A stretch of 56,577 nt of DNA, filler included, from Dimargaris cristalligena (taxonomy: Eukaryota), in assembly GCA_003614675.1 (NCBI GenBank). It is 2 parts of 2 records of this genome, joined end to end, with 100 filler letters (N's around TTAATTAATTAA, not from the genome) between each part and the next. Parts side by side here need not be neighbours in the genome. Positions count along the whole stretch, not along the records: positions 28,377 to 56,577 come from ML002503.1; 1 more part is not named here. One strand, written 5' to 3'. The position numbers and the translations under genes are program-made. Below, piece after piece: positions 43,298 through 56,128 of the stretch; within the stretch, counting starts at the first letter, position 1, and every line of letters begins with the position of its first letter. The notes under the pieces were generated by a model. The model was not told the DNA's origin, ran no database searches, and saw only the letters and a list, made by a program, of their open reading frames with translations.

Positions 43298-44317
43298 CTA
43301 CATGAGGCCAGTACCGTGGCCCCGGATCCGATTGGCCAGCTGAATGTCTTTTTGCATGAGAGTAACCCGTTTTGCGTGGATGGCACATAGATTACTAAAC
43401 GGGAGTGGGTATGTAAAGGGAGGGGGGTTCAATATAGACATAACCAGGGAATAGCAATGGATTAGATGAGCTAGCGAGAGAGTACTAGTTTACCATTATC
43501 TTGGGTTATATATTGAACGAGGATAAGGATAATTATCCCTAGGGCGCCCCCTTCACCACTCCCTTTGACGTGTGAACTTACGCATCTTCAAACATGTGTA
43601 CTAAAAAAGCCTCCGCCGCTTCCTGTAAAGCCATTAGGGCGTGACTCTGCCAGCGTAAGCCGATGGCCTGGCCCCCATCGGAGACGTAGTTGGAATTGAC
43701 GAAATCGGAAGCGATTTCCCGGACGAGGCGCATAAAGGGCTGCCGCCGGATTAATAGATCGGTGGTGCGTTGGTATTTGCGAATCTCCATGAGGGCCCGC
43801 GCCCCGGGCCGATACCGGCGTTTGTCTATGCCAGACATCAATGAGATGCAAATAGGGTAAAAGAACGCCAGAAAGAGGGTATGCGCGCCCGTACCAAAAA
43901 TCAAAATCGAATGGAGATCGAATAGAAATAGCACCAACGGGGGGTTTGATCAGTCGATGTGGGAAGGGTGAGGGGGAGGGGTGTATTAATGTAGACTATG
44001 GCCATAGTCATGGGGGATTGCAAATAGACTCTAGACTATATCGCTTCCTCTGGTCCCGCATGACCCGCGAGTGGACACGAGCGAGACGAGAAGAGAGGAA
44101 AAGAGAAGAGCTGGGCTAGAATAGGAGAAGGGGAGACGGGTCACTTACGAGTGGATTCGGGTGCTTTTTGACTTTGTTTTTTGCTGGGTTGGGTAGTAGT
44201 GGTTTTTTTCTTGCTATTTGGTTTGAGTTTGCTGCCGCTTGGCCGGAGGCTATGGGCATCGGCCTGGGGTGGCAGCGGTTTACCACGGCCGGCACGTCGA
44301 CTCAGCGGAGTGTCCAT
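43298..44317 (-). CDS. CSE4: Centromeric histone H3 variant (CenH3/CENP-A); exons 44317-44149, 43825-43582, 43394-43298
   Basis: Non-H3 N-terminal tail. Histone fold [23 protein letters not shown], an extended loop 1 ([16 protein letters not shown]), LRWQS (W in place of H3 F84), M in place of H3 Q68, H in place of H3 T107, and [18 protein letters not shown]. Confidence 0.92.
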
Positions 44318-44470
44318 CTCACCAGTCAGAAAAATATAAGAAACTAAATAAATATATAAATAAGACGAGACAATAAAGACCAAGGTAATATAAGGCGACT
44401 GTGACCTTCTCTTGGGCAGGTAATGCGCACTCAGTATATGAGGTACTGCAAATGAAAATGTGCGGTAAAC

Positions 44471-44476
<6 letters not shown>

Positions 44477-44500
<24 letters not shown>
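44477..44500. repeat. (AT)12 microsatellite upstream of CenH3
   Basis: Read directly from the sequence. Confidence 0.9.
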
Positions 44501-44501
<1 letters not shown>

Positions 44502-45377
44502 AACTAGTGGGGAAACAAGAATGTAGCGGGGTTTCAAAATCGCTGGGAAGGTACTACTCTGTCCAATGGTTGGGATGGTAAGAGGCAATTGCGGACGGAT
44601 TAGGTATAACGCAAAGCTAAAATACTTTGAATCAGAAAAGGAATTCGGTGATGTGCATAAGGGGTAAACAAAGGGACAACTGAACATAAGAATCTTACTT
44701 TTTCAGAGAATGGTAGCTCAGTTTGGCCTTCTCGTTAAACCGTAGTTGACAACAGTACTATTCCAAAACACTACACAATGGCGTTGTTTACGATAAGCCA
44801 GCCAGTGTTTGTGTGTGCTAAACTTGGGAAGCCCGCTTAATGGCCAATATCTGCTGGTCTTAGAGGATCAACTACCAGGCACGTGGATGAAGGGGTGCTA
44901 TTTCTCAAATAGAGTAGCCCAGACTAGAGAAACCTAAATTCCAGGGACATAGAATCATGGCATTATTATATCCCATGGGAGGAAAATCTACACATTATTC
45001 CGCTGCTTCCTACTGATGGGGCTAGGTGGGGTTATGTAGTTCGGAATCTTTATCGATTGGGTAGAATATTGGTCTGAGAATCAATGAAAAATACAAATAA
45101 GCGTAGATAAACAGAGTTTATAAAAAAACAGTAAGGGACAGTGGGGTGCTCGAGACGGAGGTAAACATATATATACCTCTTGAAGAAAAGGTGTATCCAG
45201 TTTAGTGTACCAGCCAATCGGTATGCCATGGAGACCCTATTCAATTGCATTGGATAGGATAGGATAGGTAGGCAAACAACCAGGCTATATAAAACGAGAG
45301 AAAATGAGAGAGAGAGAGTCAGCCCTGGTGAGCCCAAAGAATTAGTATTATTCGAGTGAGTCGAGTTCTGACCATCC

Positions 45378-46540
45378 CTAGGCACCGTAACCGATGATGT
45401 TTTCGGCGAAGCCCCACTCAGTGGTCAGCGAGTAAGGTTCCGTGACGGTCACGCCCTCCTTAGTCACCTTAGCCCGACGGAATTTGTTCAGGGAACGGGC
45501 GTCCCGGTAGAACAGCACCCGCATGCAGTCGTCGATGATTTTAATCGCCTCCTCTTCCGTAATTTCATTCTCGCGGCCCTCGACGGCCTTGCGGAGGATC
45601 GGCTGGGCCAGGTAAGCACCGAAGCCCGTGGCGATGGTGGACGATTGGTAGGTGGTGCCGATGAGGTCGATGTAGCCGAGGAAGGGTTCCCCGCTGTCGT
45701 TCAAACCACCGACGAGGTAGGAGTTCCACAGGGGGTTCATTTGACTGCGGCGCTGGTACATCAGGCGGCTCAAGTAGGAGTAGATGTGGGGGGTGGCGAG
45801 GGCGTGGCCGTCGGCGGTGTAAAACTCATGGATCATCGACTTTTCCAAGAGGTCTTGGACGTATTGGAAGTCACCAATATCGCCGGAAGCACCCACAACG
45901 GTGTGTTCGCCAACGGGCTGGAGGCGGTCAACATCGCGGAAACGGGCCAGCGAGCCGTAGGACGCTAGGAAGGGGGAATTTGCGGGGTTCAGTGAGATAT
46001 GTGCATAATTGGCATTAGTAAGACGGAAACCACCTATGGCCGCTGGCAAAGGGCAGCATCGGCAAAGTAGTTCAAATGACCGGATTTGGGGACTTACCAA
46101 GGCAATCGGCAGCAAGCATAACACCGTCCTTATATTTAATACCGAGCACGGAAGTACCCGTGACCACAGGACCACTGTAGGGTTCGGAGGGGAAGGAGAC
46201 GGCCGTAGATGGTGGGAGGAGTAGACAACATAATAGATGTATTATAGAAGTGGGTTAATATAGGGCATCGGTAAATATTATACTAGCCCATGTCGCCCCC
46301 ACCGGGCGGAGTAGAATCTAATGGTCGGAATATACTTGTATCGTAAAGTGGGGTTGTCGGGGATAGAAGTACTACTACATACCCCATACTCCGCTCCCTT
46401 CCTTTTTGCCGCACGTTGGTGGATGACGTTGACGACGAAGGCAGGTCAGTTCCAGATTAAACTACGTGGACTTACCCGGAATGGGTGATGGGGGTGGCGG
46501 CTTGGGTGGCCCGGGTTGATTTAAAGTTGACGGAGCTCAT
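45378..46540 (-). CDS. PRE4: 20S proteasome beta-7 subunit; exons 46540-46476, 46174-46098, 45964-45378
   Basis: PVVTGTSVLGIKYKDGVMLAADCL|ASYGSLARF, GDIGDFQ, MYQRRSQMNPLWN, IATGFGAYLAQPILR and MRVLFYRDARS. Confidence 0.96.
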
Positions 46541-48099
46541 TTCACGTGTGAAAAGAGGGGAATGGATGGAGGAAGGGGGTAGATGCGAGGCAATTCACTA
46601 CGAAGGCCGGAGGAATGCGGGATGAACGATCTGGTCGAGCGGAGTCAGTATTGTGGCAAATCTGTGGTATCCAGAAGACTTGCGGGGCGGCGGGTCTAGA
46701 AGATGACGAGACGCGGGAGGGACAAGTGGAATGAGATGGAGGGGGGAGATAGAGAACAAGTAGGCAGAATGTAGTAATGTAATGGAGCAGAGTGGAAGAC
46801 GGTCTTTTCCATGCGAATCCTATGCCTGGCTTCAACGAGACCACCTGGGTTACTGGGCGTGTCCTATTTTGCGCATCTCTCGGTTCCTTAGTCAGCCTGT
46901 TAGACACCCATCTATCTACACACATTCTCCCACCCACGACGGGCTTACGGGCAGTATAATACAGCACATATGGTGAAGGACACAACTGCAGTTGAGGAGT
47001 AATCCTCCAGCGGTGATTGATTACCAGCGAATCAGGTGACTTTTTAATAAAGGGTAGTCCAGAATTATTGCTGCCAAATAACCAAATGATTTCGATCCAC
47101 TCTCTGCTGACCTTGTCTACTATAAACGCACTGCCATGGCATTTGGCGTAAATTTCGATAGAAATGGACAAGAAACTGGCAGTGATATGAAACCTGACCG
47201 AGTCTTAACTGTGCAACGAACAATCTCGCCTTGACCGGTACGATTCTATACCATTGAATTAATAAGTACCGTTGTAGTCTACGCTATAATTACCCAGTAA
47301 ATCTAGTACTGGATTTGAAGACCACCGGGGTTTCATTCGATACATTCTCCTACCGGCCACCAGTTTTATTACATGGCCAGAGCATACCCCTCTCTTATTA
47401 TCCAGCTGGTAATATTGGCGAGACGAGCAACCCCACGGGAACGTCCGCGTAATGCCTAGTATGCGACAAAATTTTGGAAACTTTGACAGATCGGGAGGAG
47501 TCTGCCAAATAGAATCGACGGTCGTGCTATAATTACACTACCCCCCCCCTCCTTCCTAATCACTCACCATTATTTCACAATAGTAGTAAATGGCACTCCC
47601 GACCTCGTTGCACACTAACGGTCTTAACCACAGCCTGCAAGAAATCGAATAATCAGCTGGTGCGAATCAATGGCCAGATAATGACGCCAGTGTCCCAGAT
47701 TTAGGGATAGATGACGACAAGGGATGGCTTGTTGAGGAGAGCAAGGGGAAAAACTCAGGCTTTGGTAGGGGGGTGACATAATAGTGCTCGTTGTTTGACT
47801 CTCACACCTGGGTGTACTTTATATATCGAAAGGCGCGCCAATGTGAACGAGCGTATGTGTCTCACCCGCCATTACGATTATGTAAAGGCTGTGAATCTCT
47901 CCAATAAAACACCGGGTTCGTCCTCATAAACCGGGTTCAAACGCTTCCCTTCGCTATTATTGCTTTTCCTCCTGGTCCATATTCCATTTATATCATCAAC
48001 CTTCCTTTCTCCCTCACGCCCGATCATCATCATTTGTTTGTTTAAACCAGCTGCTTACCCGTGCCCTTCGCGATACTCTTGGTTTGGGTCATCGTCGCC

Positions 48100-48840
48100 A
48101 TGACCAATAACCACCCTTTCCAGCTGCGGTTGGAGACCGCCCGACTCTTCACCGCCTTCTTTAGCGTCTTGGTATCGCTGTCCGGCCTGGCCCTCGTCGG
48201 TCTGGCCATTTACACACTAGCGGCCACCCACGTTTCCTTCTCGGGCCGTTTCTGGATCCCCATTTTCATGCTTATTATGGGCGCCCTCGTTTTTTTCACC
48301 GGTCTCTTGGGCAGCTACGGCTCCCTCACGGAAAAGCGCTACGCCACGCTGGCCTACAGCGCCATCATGACCATCCTCCTGGCCATCCAACTGGTGGTGG
48401 CCCTCTACGCCATCATTCACCAACTCACCGTGGAGGTGGGCTTAGACGCCGCCTGGCAGAACGCCTACGACCGCCACCCCAAAATCATCCGCGACCTGCA
48501 GGACGAATACGGTTGCTGTGGCTTTAAAAATGTGGACGACCGGGCCATCCCTAAGTCGTCGCCCCAGGCCTGCGTCGAGAGTCCCTTGTTCGGCTACAAC
48601 CGGCCCTGTTACGATCTGCTCCAGCGTGGCTACCAGTCGGAATTCCGGGCCCTGATCATCGGGGAATTTATCCTCATTGCCGTGCAGGCCCTCGCGTTGC
48701 TCTGCGGAACAGCACTATACAAACAGCTCGCCGTCCAGGAAACCGCCGCCACCCCGGGCGAACGCCAGGCTTTGCTGGAAGAGGAGCGGGTAAGCCGCGG
48801 GCTACCCATCGAAGAGGAGGCGGATTCACCCGTCCCGTAA
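48100..48840 (+). CDS. Tetraspanin
   Basis: ATG at 48100. Four transmembrane helices, and a large extracellular loop with GCCGF and two further Cys. Confidence 0.9.
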   Translation: MTNNHPFQLRLETARLFTAFFSVLVSLSGLALVGLAIYTLAATHVSFSGRFWIPIFMLIMGALVFFTGLLGSYGSLTEKRYATLAYSAIMTILLAIQLVVALYAIIHQLTVEVGLDAAWQNAYDRHPKIIRDLQDEYGCCGFKNVDDRAIPKSSPQACVESPLFGYNRPCYDLLQRGYQSEFRALIIGEFILIAVQALALLCGTALYKQLAVQETAATPGERQALLEEERVSRGLPIEEEADSPVP

Positions 48841-49713
48841 ACGGTATTCTCTTGCACTCCACCGGCAACCACGGGTTCTACTCGTTTGGTCTCTTAGGGC
48901 AGCATGCCCTCTCCCTATTTCTTGTAGTTTCTCTGCCTTCTTCTCCGTGTACCTTTAGGCTTTCTTCGCTTTGATTTCCCCAAGATTTAATCGGTGTGAT
49001 ACAGCAGGTCAAATTGATTTTTCATTGGACATCTTTGCATCCCTATTAAGATCCATGACATTTAATCAAATGATACGACGTTGCCTTTCAAAGATGGCCA
49101 AACAACGCCCCCATCCACCAAATAAATAGTCGGCTATATTAATTCTTGTAGTGCGGGGAATTACACTAGATACGCATGTAGATATATAGCGGAGGTCATA
49201 AGAATGGATGTGTTGACACCCTTCTCCGCATCCAATCGACACTCCTAAAAAAGGGAAGCGTAGGAGGGGGGGGTTAGGGGTGTCTGAATCGGACAGTTGA
49301 CGCACAAGGCTGGTTTTACATTAGAGCCCCTTTATTGGAGAAGAGTCTAGTAGCGTGCCTGAGTGGTGTAGATACGTGGGGGTTGGGCCAGTAAGGGAAA
49401 GAGAGGGTTGTGTGTGGTTCGCTCTGTTTCACCCGATCCCAAAATTCTCAGCATGAGCAACTCTGGCTCCCCATTCTACTGCGCAGCCGGGAATCTCAAG
49501 CAACTCCAACTCCCATTACCCGAGCTCATTGGCCTGCATGCAGCTCTCTTTCTGGATTTTAACGGGTAATCGCCACCCGCTACTGGATTCCACCTCCTAT
49601 TTTACTCTTCTTCCACCTACTTAGTTTTGCGCGGAACTTAGAGTATATTTTACCCTCCTTTATAAAAAATTCATAAATATAAATACCGAGGCCTCTCGTA
49701 TCCCAACGCCGCT

Positions 49714-52700
49714 ATGCTCGCCTATTTTCGGGTAGGCGCCATTCCCCGCCGTGCCGATCGGTTGAATCAAGTAAGACGGCTATCATAGCATAGTGCCACT
49801 ATGGATCCCATTGTCCTCCGTGTTCCCAGAGCAAAGTAGTGCTTTTAGCAACCCATTCACCATTACTACTACAAATAGGAGACTGTAGAGAGTATGGACT
49901 GCTTATGTTGATTAGAAACTGACCCTGTGCAATACCAATGTCTAATTGTAACCGATTCCATTTACCAGACCTCATGGCTAATTCGGACCCAGACCGCCCC
50001 TGGAGAATTGATCCCCTCCCACCAAGCGATTCATACCACTGCCAGCCGGAGGAGTCCAAACGACAACAGTGGTGGCCTAAGCTGGCTGAAGGCTCCCGCC
50101 GGAGCTAGCCGTAGTCGGCCGGCTTCCAGACCTACCCCACCTTCACCGTCATCCCCATCCGTGGGCCCAGCAAGTGCCCGGTCCACCACGGCTTGGTCAC
50201 CACCTAGCGTATCTCCCGCGGGGTACCCGCCCCGCCCCGGTCCGGCGTCGGGACCCAATCCCGCTTTTCGAGGCCGTGCTGCGGCACTCGGCCCCACCGG
50301 CCAGCCCGATTTGCCCAATGGTCACTTATTGAGTGATATCCATAGTTTATTCGATCGGCGACCCCGGTCTTTTATGCCGCCCCGATCGAACACCTTCCGC
50401 CCCACCCAAACAACCCCTCCGATCGCTGCCTCCCCGGGACCACCGGCCGCCGACAACGGTGCCCGCCAATTTCCTCCTCCTCCTCCGGGATACCAAAACT
50501 ATACCAACAGGATGGACCAGGGCAGTCGCTATGCCGGCACTAATGCCAATAGACCGTCTAGCAATGACCAGGCTACTTACGGCCGACCTGGTCAGTCGTC
50601 AGGTCCGACCCGGAGACGGGAGGAACTCCATAGACCAGAATACACCAACCCGTCAACTGAACCCACTTCCCGGATCCCCTTCTCCATTAAGGCCCCACTT
50701 CCATCCCAATACCTAGCCTCATCATCATCATTATCAACCCCGGCCCGGTCGAGTAACTCGCAACAGTACAGTCCGGCTTACCCTCGACCCAGTCGCACCC
50801 AGCTACCGCCCTCCTCCCAGCCGTGGTTAACTTCTGCAGCCCAGGCATCCCCTGCCCCAGCCGCCGCCCCCCGGCCACCAAGGCCCTCCTCATCCGCCCA
50901 CCCTTGGCAGGCGGCTACTCCAGGCAAATCGGAGCCGATGCGACCTCGCCAATTCTCCCAGCCGATGCGTAATGCCTCACCTTCGTCAACAAACACGTCA
51001 GGGACCAGGCCGCCTTGCCCGCGTACGACAAACCGTTTCCCTGGGATATCGTCACCCCCGTCTTCTTATCAGCGCTTCCAGGGTGCTAATCAGTTTGCAG
51101 CCCCGTCTTACCAATCCCCGAATTCCTCGATATCTGATTTTGCGTCCCAACCCGTAAGTATTTTATTCAACACTTAATTCATCGCCAGTGGCTTCCAGTT
51201 CATGGCACCAACTTTGGTCCGGCTATTTGGGTGGTTTATTGATGTTGAATTATTTGTAACTTTCTACTCGGGTGTTTTTGGTACTTCTATCGATTCCCGC
51301 CCCCCTAACCATGCCTTTGGATGGCCAACTAATATGATTATCCTTTTTTATTTTTTTAAAAAAATATGTTAATTATATTTCTGATAACTTCCGCCTATTG
51401 ATTAATAGCGACGACCCCAACTGCCACCATCGGGACGACCCCCCTTCAACCGGAATCCCGCTGATGATAACCGTTTCCGGTCACCTCGTTCACCACCCCA
51501 TTCGCCGGGTTTCCGTAATGATCGTTATCCTTCGCGGGGCCTACCCCCGCGTCCCAAACCCGATGATATCCCGTCGGCCCTGGACCAGGCCAAGCCGGAC
51601 ACCCAGCCGGAAGAGAAGCGTCGCTTGATGCCTGACCCCGATCGGAAAATCCACAAAAAGTCAGCCATTGACAAATACAAGGACGCGCCCACCAAAAAAG
51701 TGGGGGATAATAATAAACCCCGCACCCGGCGCCCCGACTCTACTGATAGCATCGATGGCGATGGCTTATTTGACGAATCGGGTCATCGGAAACGCGGCAA
51801 GAATGTCCGGCTCGCCTTAGCCCAGTCGGAAGAGGGCGGTGATCGCCGAACCCCCCGGAAGCGTAAGGTACGGAGCAAAAAGGTGCGCGAAGTCGTGATT
51901 CCGGACGCCGTCACGGTGAGCGGCCTGGCCGATCTTATCCACGTGCGGCTAGATCATCTGCAGCGGGTCATTACCAATATGGGTATGGGCGAGCTCCACC
52001 ACGACTACATGCTGACCCCCGAGGATACCACCGCCATTGTCCTGGAGTTTGACATCAATCCCATTATTACAGAGGACAAAGGTAAGGACGTCCAACCCCG
52101 TGATTTGCCCGACGACATGTCCGAATTCCCGCTGCGCCCTCCTGTCGTCACCATCATGGGCCACGTTGACCATGGCAAAACCACGCTGCTCGACACTCTA
52201 CGGAAATCCTCCATCGTCGACTCCGAGGCGGGCGGTATCACGCAGCATATCGGTGCCTTCGCTGTGACTCTTCCTTCCGGCCAGCGGGCCACTTTCCTGG
52301 ATACCCCGGGCCACGCGGCCTTTTCGAACATGCGCTCGCGGGGCGCCCACATGACCGATCTGGTCGTTCTGGTCGTTTCGGCCGACGACGGAGTCATGCC
52401 CCAAACGGCCGAGGCCATCGAACACGCCCGATCTGCCGATGTGCCCATTATTGTGGCGATTAACAAGTGCGACAAACCGGGGGCCAATCCCCAGAAGATT
52501 CGGGAAGGACTGCTTAAGTACGGCGTGCAGGTCGAGGATATGGGCGGGGACGTACAGGTGGTGGAAATTTCGGCACTTAAAGGTACGGGCATTGAACTGC
52601 TGGTGGAGAACATCGTCCTCCTGGCGGAAGTGCTGGACCTGCGGGCCCCCACCGACGGCCCTGTGGAAGCGGCCATTATCGAGTCCCAGTCCGAAAAGGG

Positions 52701-54256
52701 TCGAGGGTAAGTGAAACGCTATATTTCTTCATTGGTAGCGCTTTGGGCAAGGTTACGCCCTATACTGTGGCGTACCCATTGGTAAAGCCGTCGTGAATCA
52801 GATCTTAACCGATATTTGGTATCCAACCTATCTAACCACTTCATTACCGTACAAAATTGTATTGGTTTACTATACTCTGTCTTTTTTTATATATTTGATC
52901 TTTTAGATTGTCGGCGTCACTGCTCATCCAGAACGGGTCCTTGAGTGTGGGTGATATTATCGTTGCAGGTCAGAGTTACTGCCGTATCCGTAGTATGACC
53001 AACGATCTGGGCAAGGCCGTTAAAATTGCCGAGCCGGGTACTCCCGTCAGTGCCACGGGTTGGAAGGATCTGCCCGAGGCTGGCCAGACCGCCATCCAGG
53101 TTGAATCAGAGGTAAGTCACAGTTACTTATTCCAGAAAGTAGGCTGCGGTTACGACGCATAGTCTTAAGCGTATTCACTATCTCTATCAGCAATATAAAG
53201 GGTTCCTCCTAATTACTAATATTCGGATAGTTTTTATTTTATTTTATTTTTTATTATTTTGTCGAACCACTAACTCAACCACCCTAGAGCCTCGCCAAGG
53301 AGATTATCGAGAACCGGATTGGCAAGGCCAAACAAGCCGAAACGCTGAAACAGATCCAGGCCATCAATGCCAAACGACTCGTCAGCCACGAGGAAATGTC
53401 GGCCGAAAGGGAGGCCAAACGGCGCTACGCCCAGGAAGTGTACCGGTTCTACAAGGGGCTGCGCCCCGACCACCCCCAGGAGAAAGATTTCGTGGGACCG
53501 GCGGCGTTAATAGGGGGGGGTGAGACCGAAGGTTCGGGCTCCGAGGCGAAGGACCGCCCCCAGGTCCCCACGCTCCGGGTATTAGTGAAGGGCGATGTGA
53601 GCGGCACAGTGGAAGCGGTCGTGGACTGTCTCCAGGCCCTTCCCCAGCGGTTCGTCCATATTGACGTAGTGGCCCACGCCGTCGGCCCCATTACCGAGTC
53701 CGACATCCAGCGCGCGCGTGGCTGTACTTCCGAGAGTGGCAAGAAGAGTACTTCTAGTAATAGTAGTAATGTTCCGGGCGTCCACTCCGATGTCGTCGTG
53801 ATCGGCTTCAACGTTAAGGCGGACAAGAAGGCACAGGCGCTGGCCAAGTCCCTGGACATCCCGATTGAGACGCACCGCATCATTTACCGACTTTTGGAGG
53901 ATATCCGTGCCCGTATGGTGGCCCAACTGGAACCGGAGTATGAGGAACACGCCCGGGGGGAAGCCCGGGTGCTCCAACGGTTCGCTTACGATCTTAAGCG
54001 TGGCAAAGTGGCCCATATTGCCGGGTGTCGAGTCACTAGTGGGATCTTTTACCACGACCGGCGGGTCCGCGTCATGCGCGGTGACCAAATCATGTACCAG
54101 GGGCTCTTGGCTAGTCTGCGCTCGGGTAAAGAGCAGACCACCGAGGTGAGTAAAGGTCAGGAATGCGGTATGGCGTTTAATAAGTTCGAGGACTTTAAAG
54201 AAGGCGATGTCATTTTCAGCTTGGAATCGATCGAAAAGCCGCGTAAACTTGAGTAA
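49714..54256 (+). CDS. IFM1: Mitochondrial translation initiation factor 2; exons 49714-49770, 49969-51153, 51409-52706, 52907-53111, 53288-54256 (~1237 aa)
   Basis: [64 protein letters not shown] and GQECGM. All four introns are in phase. N-terminus [13 protein letters not shown] resembles a presequence. Confidence 0.93.
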
Positions 54257-54266
54257 GGCAGGTCGT

Positions 54267-54296
54267 CGTCCCACCGTCCCACCGTCCCACCGTCCC
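54267..54296 (+). repeat. (CGTCCCAC)x3.75 tandem repeat just after the IFM1 stop codon
   Basis: Read directly from the sequence. Confidence 0.85.
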
Positions 54297-54867
54297 TCCA
54301 TCACCCCTATTTCCTCCATTCTCCCTCTCTTGACTTCTCCGTGTGGGACAAGCCTTACACGCAGCTGTACAGTCAATAACACGCTTAGAGGGTGGAGTTG
54401 AATTGACCAGCAATACATTCTTCCCTATCGTTCCATTCAATACATTTATACAGCCATGTGGTTGATCTTGTCCCACTTCCACCAATAAAAATTTTATTAT
54501 CAACTATCAACCATACGTTGGCCCACACATCCCTAGATTATTTCCCTCATTTATGTGCTCTCCATATCCACTATTGTTTGCTCATGAAGTCCAAATATTA
54601 CCCTAATAGAGCATACTTTGCACTAAAGATTGGTTTATTGTACTAGTAATCCGTTTATCAACATATTATACCTTTAGTCTACATTGTACCAGCCCAGTCG
54701 TTTGTTTATAGCTATGGTAATGTCCGGCCAATCACAAATAAATATTACCGCTACACCCAACAGCCATCTCGACAAGCTTACCCATTATATGTAGGCCCCG
54801 CCCCCTCCTCCATGCATCAGAGAGACTCCTCACCTATTACAAAATTCTCGCTAGTCACTGTGGTTTC

Positions 54868-56128
54868 CTAATAAACCCGTATCGATCGTGACCCCAATTT
54901 GTAATTCGATAATTTCGCTTTAAGGGCATCTAATATTAACTCTATATTCGCCGGACTATTTTCCAAACCGAGGAAGTTCCCCCGGCCCAGGACCGCTAGT
55001 TTAGGGTAGTCTCCGAGGGTGTTCGACGCGTGGATTAATTGGGCACAATCATACCTATGGGGGGTTGTGAAGAACTGGACGACTAATTCGTCCAAGTTCT
55101 TATTCCACGCCACCCCGTAAATAAGCGTTGGTCGACTCAAATTGAATTCCGGGTTTCGGAGCAAACGGCTGACCAGGACGTCGATTTTGGGGGTAGTCCG
55201 TGGAAAACGACTGGGCTGCTTGGAGATGATACTTTAAATTCAATAGGATATTTGTATACATTCGATCAACTTCCTTCACGGCGAGGTCATCAAGGGGGGG
55301 CTCCGCTAGGCTCGTAGTGCGAGTTACCGGTGGGGCTGAATTTAACGGGCGGTTATGGACTGCCGAGGAGCCCTGGCCTAGGCCTTGACCCGATGGAAAG
55401 GCCCACTTTGAATAGATTTCACATAGAGCAAGCGATTGTTTGAGCGACATGGTGAACTTCGATTTAGAGCTAGTTCGGAGTTGGGGCGACATGGAGACTC
55501 TGAAATTTGAGCTGATTCCGAGGTTGGGTGACATGGTAACTTCAGGTGTTGACCTGGTCCCGGGTTTGGATTTTGTGCCCACCACCTGTGGTTTCAAAGG
55601 GGGTTGGTTGGCGTTTTTGGGCCCGTATGCACCATCGACTAAGGCAGCGGAAGCTTTGGATTCGTCTGGGATGGATAGATGAATATCGGAGTTGAAAAGC
55701 GGCTCGTTGTACTCGTGCTGCTGCTGCCACTGTTGCTCTTGTTGTTCGTTACCCATGGTATTGGGAATCACTGACTGCGACAATTTATCGAGCCACGGAT
55801 AGGCATCCTTAAAATTGACCGAAGGGGTGAGCGTCAAATCCTCATTTACCTTCGGGTTGGTATACGGCGGCCAGTAGGTAGATACGAGAGGGGATTGCTG
55901 TATGTCGTTATTTACCATACCAGACCCACGGGGCCAAATTTCCTGGTCAATCGGATTGTGAACATACGGGTGGTGGTCGTTATTATAAAGAGTATTATCA
56001 TCGACAAGGTAGTCTGACTGTGTGGGTGTGTATTGGCCTGTATTAGGAAGGGAGAATGCCAAATCAAGGCCTATAGTTAACTGCCAGACCAGGACTAAAC
56101 CGGCCACCGGAAATAGATGATGCACCAT
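54868..56128 (-). pseudogene. Putative secreted protein of unknown family, with an apparent +1 frameshift at about 55190
   Basis: Signal peptide MVHHLFPVAGLVLVWQLTIGLDLAFS and an upstream (TA)n/TATA. Removing one C from the run in TAC CCC C AAA ATC joins ...FSTDYP to KIDVLVSRLLRNPEFNL... and on to the stop at 54868. Confidence 0.55.
55445..55570 (-). repeat. Three degenerate 42-bp (14-aa) coding tandem repeats
   Basis: YGACATGG recurs at 55445, 55487 and 55529. Peptides: SKPGTRSTPEVTMS / PNLGISSNFRVSMS / PQLRTSSKSKFTMS. Confidence 0.7.

Noticed and set aside
9803..54256. Functional clustering of mitochondrial RNA/translation genes (TRZ1, PPR, LACTB2, IFM1) or ER-Golgi genes (RIC1, SED5, MCFD2-like)
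   Set aside because: They are interspersed with unrelated genes and belong to large functional categories, so this is compatible with chance.
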